Shown here: one piece after another, positions 59,862 to 64,000 of the stretch | How positions within the stretch are numbered: position 1 is the stretch's first letter | How the letters are laid out: each line of letters opens with the position of its first letter | Assembly (NCBI GenBank): GCA_964389675.1 | Contig: CAYMEV010000001.1 | Coordinates: 156,539 to 220,538 of the forward strand | Length of the DNA stretch: 64,000 nt | From: an uncultured Candidatus Sumerlaeota bacterium | GTDB taxonomy: Bacteria > CAYMEV01 | Direction of reading: 5' to 3' | The notes under the pieces: model-generated | What the model was told of the DNA's origin: nothing | The model's database searches: none | The model's input: only the letters and a program-made list of their open reading frames with translations | Translations under genes and position numbers: made by a program

Positions 59862-61023
59862 TTTTTTCCCCCCTGCTGAGTTTCAGGTCTTTTGCAATGG
59901 ATTTCAGCTTTTTGAAGTAATCTGACTGGATGATCCTATCCACCTGTTCGCTTTGTTCTTTCTTATCAATCTTCAGCTTCAGAATATCGACCTGTGTTTT
60001 AAGCCTTTCCTCCCTGTTGTCCACCTCTTTTACCATATTATTGAATACACTGATAAGCCTGCCTATTTCATCCGCACTGCCTGTGCCTATCGATGGCTCA
60101 ATATATTCATATTTGCCCTTTTCAACTGCTACGGCAGCCTTTGTAAGAGCCTTCAGCGGACTGACCAGCCTTTTTGAGAGGTATATTGATGCTGTAAGGC
60201 CAAGCATCAGAATTATAAAAATGATTGTTCCTGCATCGTACAGCATGACGACCTCATCCCTTTCTTTCTTCTCCTGGTCTTCTGATCCATATTTATCAAA
60301 TAAGGGGCCGGATGATGTCTCTTGAGTATATTGTGCATTGTGAGAACCTCTGTAGTAACCGCTTAATACGAGAAATCCGCAAACCTGGCTGATTATAAGT
60401 ATAAGTGATATCACAAGTATGAACCTTGTCTCAATATTTAGGACTATCCTTTTCATTAAAAGAAGTATGACAGGAAGCACAATAATACCTGCAATTATAT
60501 TGGTCATTGCTGCCGGAAGGAACCAGAAACTGTATGCATCACTCAGCGAAAGCCTGTTTATCAGGTACACATCTGCAATAAAAGAAGAAAAGCCTATTCC
60601 GATAATATTGCCTGTTATAATCAGCATTATCAGGATCCCCATATCATATGCCGATTTTATCCGGCTGATCCTGAAATACCTGTAGAAGCCCATTACAAGG
60701 CCTATAATCCCATTCCCTGCATGCCACTGCACAAAGGTCAAAGCTCCATACCCGATAAGATAATCACCGGCCATATTTCCCAGAAAGCCCGCTAAAAACC
60801 CGGCTAAAGGCCCAAAGATCAGGCCTGTCAGCATAACTATCACGATCTGCAGCCTGAAACTTGCAAATGTTATTCCGGGAAGGATGGTATCCTGGAGAAG
60901 GTAATTGAAAAGGCCATACAAGAAAGCACCGGCAATGGCACCTGCAACAGCTCTGATCATCCTCCGGCCTTTTCTCTCAGGCATCCGGAAAACACCTGAA
61001 AGCATTTTTCTGATCTTCTTCAT
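59854..61023 (-). CDS. Membrane receptor: ECF S-component-like domain + HAMP + short helical tail
   Basis: GLIFGPLAGFLAGFLGNMAGD and W..GNG..G (S-component-like); PLKALT..A..V..G.Y...DEIGRL...FNNM (HAMP); tail LKIDKKEQSEQVDRIIQSDYFKKLK. Confidence 0.75.
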   Translation of the reverse strand: MKKIRKMLSGVFRMPERKGRRMIRAVAGAIAGAFLYGLFNYLLQDTILPGITFASFRLQIVIVMLTGLIFGPLAGFLAGFLGNMAGDYLIGYGALTFVQWHAGNGIIGLVMGFYRYFRISRIKSAYDMGILIMLIITGNIIGIGFSSFIADVYLINRLSLSDAYSFWFLPAAMTNIIAGIIVLPVILLLMKRIVLNIETRFILVISLILIISQVCGFLVLSGYYRGSHNAQYTQETSSGPLFDKYGSEDQEKKERDEVVMLYDAGTIIFIILMLGLTASIYLSKRLVSPLKALTKAAVAVEKGKYEYIEPSIGTGSADEIGRLISVFNNMVKEVDNREERLKTQVDILKLKIDKKEQSEQVDRIIQSDYFKKLKSIAKDLKLSRGEKNE

Positions 61024-61032
61024 GGGATTATG

Positions 61033-61785
61033 CTATTCAATCTCTTCTGCTATCTTTTTGAATATGCCTGTAAGCTCATGGTCAGGATAATCCAGTGAGA
61101 ATACCCCGCTGCTTCCGTATATCATAAGTTCATCTGAATGGGGTACGATAAGCACTTCTTTGCATTCATAATCATCGCTGATCCTGGCTTTCAGCATCTC
61201 CCCGCTCAGAGACCCCGGAACCTTATTGGCTATAATAAGAATATCCCTGATCTCAAGCTGCCTTGCAACCTCAAGAAGCACGCCGGTCCCTGCATAATCC
61301 TGCTGGTCAGGCCTCAGTACCACAACAAGTTTATCCGAAAGAGCAATACTGAGAAGGGTTTCCTCATTCAGCCCGGGATGAGTATCAATGATCAGGTGGT
61401 CGAGCCTGAGTTCTTTTATTATATCATTCAGGCCATTGTTCAAGAGATTAATATCATATCCCCTGCTTAATATATATGCAATATCCCCTGCATCAATACT
61501 GGATGGTACGAGGTAGATCCCTCCTTCTGAACTGCTTTTAAGCTTTGGTTTCAGATCGACCGCTGTTTCCGCTATTCTGCATTTACCCAGGAGGTAATCG
61601 TTCAACGATCTCCTGCAGGCTTCCCTGTCCAGTGAAAAAAGTATATGTATGCCCGGTGACTGTATATCAGTGTCTATGATACCGACTCTCTTTCCAGAAA
61701 GATAGATGTTTACAGCAATATTTGCCGTAATATTAGATTTCCCGGTACCTCCCCTGAATGAATGGACAGCGGTAATCCTGCTCAT
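61033..61785 (-). CDS. MinD/ParA-family ATPase
   Basis: HSFRGGTGKS (deviant Walker A with Arg), DTDIQSPG, IIDTHPGLNEETL, RPDQQD and NK; GGGAGGA RBS. Confidence 0.88.
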   Translation of the reverse strand: MSRITAVHSFRGGTGKSNITANIAVNIYLSGKRVGIIDTDIQSPGIHILFSLDREACRRSLNDYLLGKCRIAETAVDLKPKLKSSSEGGIYLVPSSIDAGDIAYILSRGYDINLLNNGLNDIIKELRLDHLIIDTHPGLNEETLLSIALSDKLVVVLRPDQQDYAGTGVLLEVARQLEIRDILIIANKVPGSLSGEMLKARISDDYECKEVLIVPHSDELMIYGSSGVFSLDYPDHELTGIFKKIAEEIE

Positions 61786-62045
61786 ATTAAAGATCCTCCC
61801 GGACTATATCCTTAAGCAAAATTGCAGACAGCATATTATGAAATATTATAGTATTTTTCTCCATCTTTCCAGTTATATTTTTATGAGCCTGATTTTTAGA
61901 GCATGAAATTAAGATTTCAAGCATTATTTCCATGCCCGTTTTAAAAGGGAGGCTTTTTGGGAATCCGGCAATGATAATTTACTGTCAGATCGATCCTGAT
62001 TATGCTATAATATTTAAACATAAATAACTGTTCTGAAAGACTCTC

Positions 62046-64000
62046 ATGAAAATGAAGAACCTGGTCCCATATTTCATATTAAAGCAGTACGAAGCAAAAA
62101 GGCATAAAGGGTGTTTTTATGCCTATACCCTGAACCTTGATATATCAGGATTTACAAAACTTACCGAAATGCTTATGAAACACGGAAAAAGTGGTTCTGA
62201 AACTCTTACAGAAGCCTTAAATGAAATTTTTGAGCCTATAATTGAACAGATCTACATAAATGGAGGCTTTATCACTTCATTTGCCGGAGACGGTTTTAAT
62301 GCGATATTACCTGTTGAAGCCAGGAAACCCGATAAAATCACTGCTTTAAGATTAATGCATATACTTTCATTTATAAAGGCCCATTTCCAGACAAAGAAGA
62401 ATATCAGGACCCCTTATGGCAATTTTAGAATGGATTTCAAGGCCTTTGCCACATTTGGCAGGGTAGGCTGGATGATAATCAAAGCAGTATCAAGATATTC
62501 CTATCTTTTCAACGGAAAACCCATTGAAAAATGCTCTGAATTCAGGATGAACATTCGCAAGGGTGACATCATCGCTGATAAAAGCATCATCGGGTCAATA
62601 GAAGGCAAAAAGAGAAAGATTAGGAATAAAGAGCTTTACAGGCTAAAAACAGACAAATTTCATGCTGCAGGTCCATCTCCCTGCAATAATAATGAAACTG
62701 ACAGGCTTCTTTACAGGCATATGGCAAAATTCCTGCCGTCCTCTGTCTTAAATTTCAGGGGAATTGCGGAGTTCAGGGATATCGTATCAGTATTCATCCT
62801 GTTCAGCCACAGGATACCTGAAAATAATATGAAAAAGCTCATCAGAATGCTTATTGACAGCTCTGATGAATTCGGAGGCTATCTGAACAAGGCCGATATA
62901 GGGGATAAGGGAGGAACAGCCCTTGTACTGTTCGGTGCACCGGTTTCCTATGAAAACAATATTGAAAGAGCTTTATCCTTTATACTTTCCATTAAAAGCA
63001 GGGTAACTGCCCCTGCGCTTAGAACAGGCATATCCTTCGGCCCTGTATATTCCGGTATCATAGGGAGCCATATCAGATGCGAATATACTGCAATTGGAGA
63101 TATAGTCAACCTTTCAGCCAGGCTTGCGGGCAGAGCAAAAAAGTGTGAATCATGGTGCAGCCCGGAGGTTTACAGGCATATGCAAAGATCCTTCAGTTTC
63201 AATTTCCTTGATAGACTGAAATTCAGGGGCAAGTCCGGAAAAATACCGGTTTACATGCTGAAAGGGAAAAAAAAGATCGATGAGCTCCCTGTTTTCAGCG
63301 GGAAAATTGCAGGCAGGGCCAGGGAGATCAAAATGACAGTTGATATCCTCAGCAAAAGCCTGAGGTCCGGTGAAAGCCATATCGCATACATATCAGGGGA
63401 CCCAGGAATAGGAAAATCCAGGCTGGTGGCGGAGGTGAAAAAGGAAATATACAAAGGGTTTAAGGGCCGGATCAGCTGGTTTATTTTTACATGCGAGGAG
63501 ATCCTGAGGAAGCCCTTTAACTGTGCTTTGCATTTTCTGAAAAAAAGGTTCGGGGCTTTTGATGAAGTATCGGCAGCCGAGGCAGTAGAAAGCTTCAGAT
63601 TCAGGTATAATAAGCTCATCAGGGATATCACGGGTATCAATGATGAAATATCAGATGAGCTTAAAAGGACAGAATCGATCATTGCAGGCTATATCGGAAT
63701 AGGTTTTGAGCAGTCACTTTATGAAAAACTGGATGCCAGGCAAAGATATGAGAACTTCATATATGCCCTGAAAAACCTTATTAAGGCTGAAAGCCTAATT
63801 AATCCTGTAGTTATAGAAATCGAGGATACGCAATGGATGGATGCAGACTCTTTAAATTTTTTCAGCGTCCTCACGACAAACCTGTCGGGATTCCCTGTAT
63901 CAATAATTTCCCATGCAAGATACCGTGATGATGGGACCGAGTTCAGGCTGGACGCTGATGAAATACCTGAAACATCAATAAGGCTGGGTGCCCTTGGAAA
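62046..64000 (+). CDS. Tandem class III (soluble adenylyl cyclase-like) cyclase + STAND NTPase, partial (runs off the window)
   Basis: Manual translation from ATG 62046: DISGFT, FAGDG, LNKADIGDKG, FGAP, EYTAIGDIVNLSARL, FRGK, Walker A GDPGIGKS (63396-63419) and Walker B IEIEDTQW, all in one frame. Confidence 0.88.
   Translation, partial: MKMKNLVPYFILKQYEAKRHKGCFYAYTLNLDISGFTKLTEMLMKHGKSGSETLTEALNEIFEPIIEQIYINGGFITSFAGDGFNAILPVEARKPDKITALRLMHILSFIKAHFQTKKNIRTPYGNFRMDFKAFATFGRVGWMIIKAVSRYSYLFNGKPIEKCSEFRMNIRKGDIIADKSIIGSIEGKKRKIRNKELYRLKTDKFHAAGPSPCNNNETDRLLYRHMAKFLPSSVLNFRGIAEFRDIVSVFILFSHRIPENNMKKLIRMLIDSSDEFGGYLNKADIGDKGGTALVLFGAPVSYENNIERALSFILSIKSRVTAPALRTGISFGPVYSGIIGSHIRCEYTAIGDIVNLSARLAGRAKKCESWCSPEVYRHMQRSFSFNFLDRLKFRGKSGKIPVYMLKGKKKIDELPVFSGKIAGRAREIKMTVDILSKSLRSGESHIAYISGDPGIGKSRLVAEVKKEIYKGFKGRISWFIFTCEEILRKPFNCALHFLKKRFGAFDEVSAAEAVESFRFRYNKLIRDITGINDEISDELKRTESIIAGYIGIGFEQSLYEKLDARQRYENFIYALKNLIKAESLINPVVIEIEDTQWMDADSLNFFSVLTTNLSGFPVSIISHARYRDDGTEFRLDADEIPETSIRLGALG

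Noticed and set aside
61033-61785. Cell-division MinD or partition ParA
   Set aside because: No minC, minE, parB or parS nearby, no obvious C-terminal amphipathic helix, and the operon context is signalling.
63150-63682. Minus-strand ORFs 63150-63380 and 63251-63682
   Set aside because: Shadows of the plus-strand cyclase-STAND gene.

Overview
Gene-dense, AT-rich chromosomal window from an anaerobic bacterium; the lineage cannot be assigned from this window. Left to right: murJ, glgP, a PAP2 membrane enzyme, an isolated pair of non-flagellar type III secretion genes (SycD/LcrH-like chaperone plus SctV export gate), a GT2 fused to a degenerate phosphoglycosyl transferase, and a B12-type radical SAM gene. 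A group 3b [NiFe] hydrogenase operon converges on an NAD-linked formate dehydrogenase operon (NuoEF fusion, FdhA, formate channel, mobA, fdhD). Then come a bacterial eRF1-like protein, an unusually long GlmS, a secreted beta-helix protein, queF, a full moxR-DUF58-bat operon, radC, the yceD-rpmF-fabG-acpP-fabF-rnc cluster, mgtE, ftsB and eno. The right part holds a stand-alone class III cyclase, an M42 peptidase, an isochorismatase/TrxB-like/RlmN-like trio, a REP-like hairpin array and a DUF362/polyferredoxin pair. The best candidate for an uncharacterised system is at 58266-61785: a MinD/ParA ATPase, a membrane receptor made of an ECF S-component-like domain plus HAMP plus a short helical tail with no enzymatic output, and a wHTH/cNMP-like/pseudo-ParA/DUF3574-like protein. 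This operon is divergent from a soluble-adenylyl-cyclase-like STAND protein that is missing from the ORF track because it runs off the window. No rRNA, tRNA, CRISPR array or transposase was seen. All calls come from motif recognition by eye; no database searches were run.
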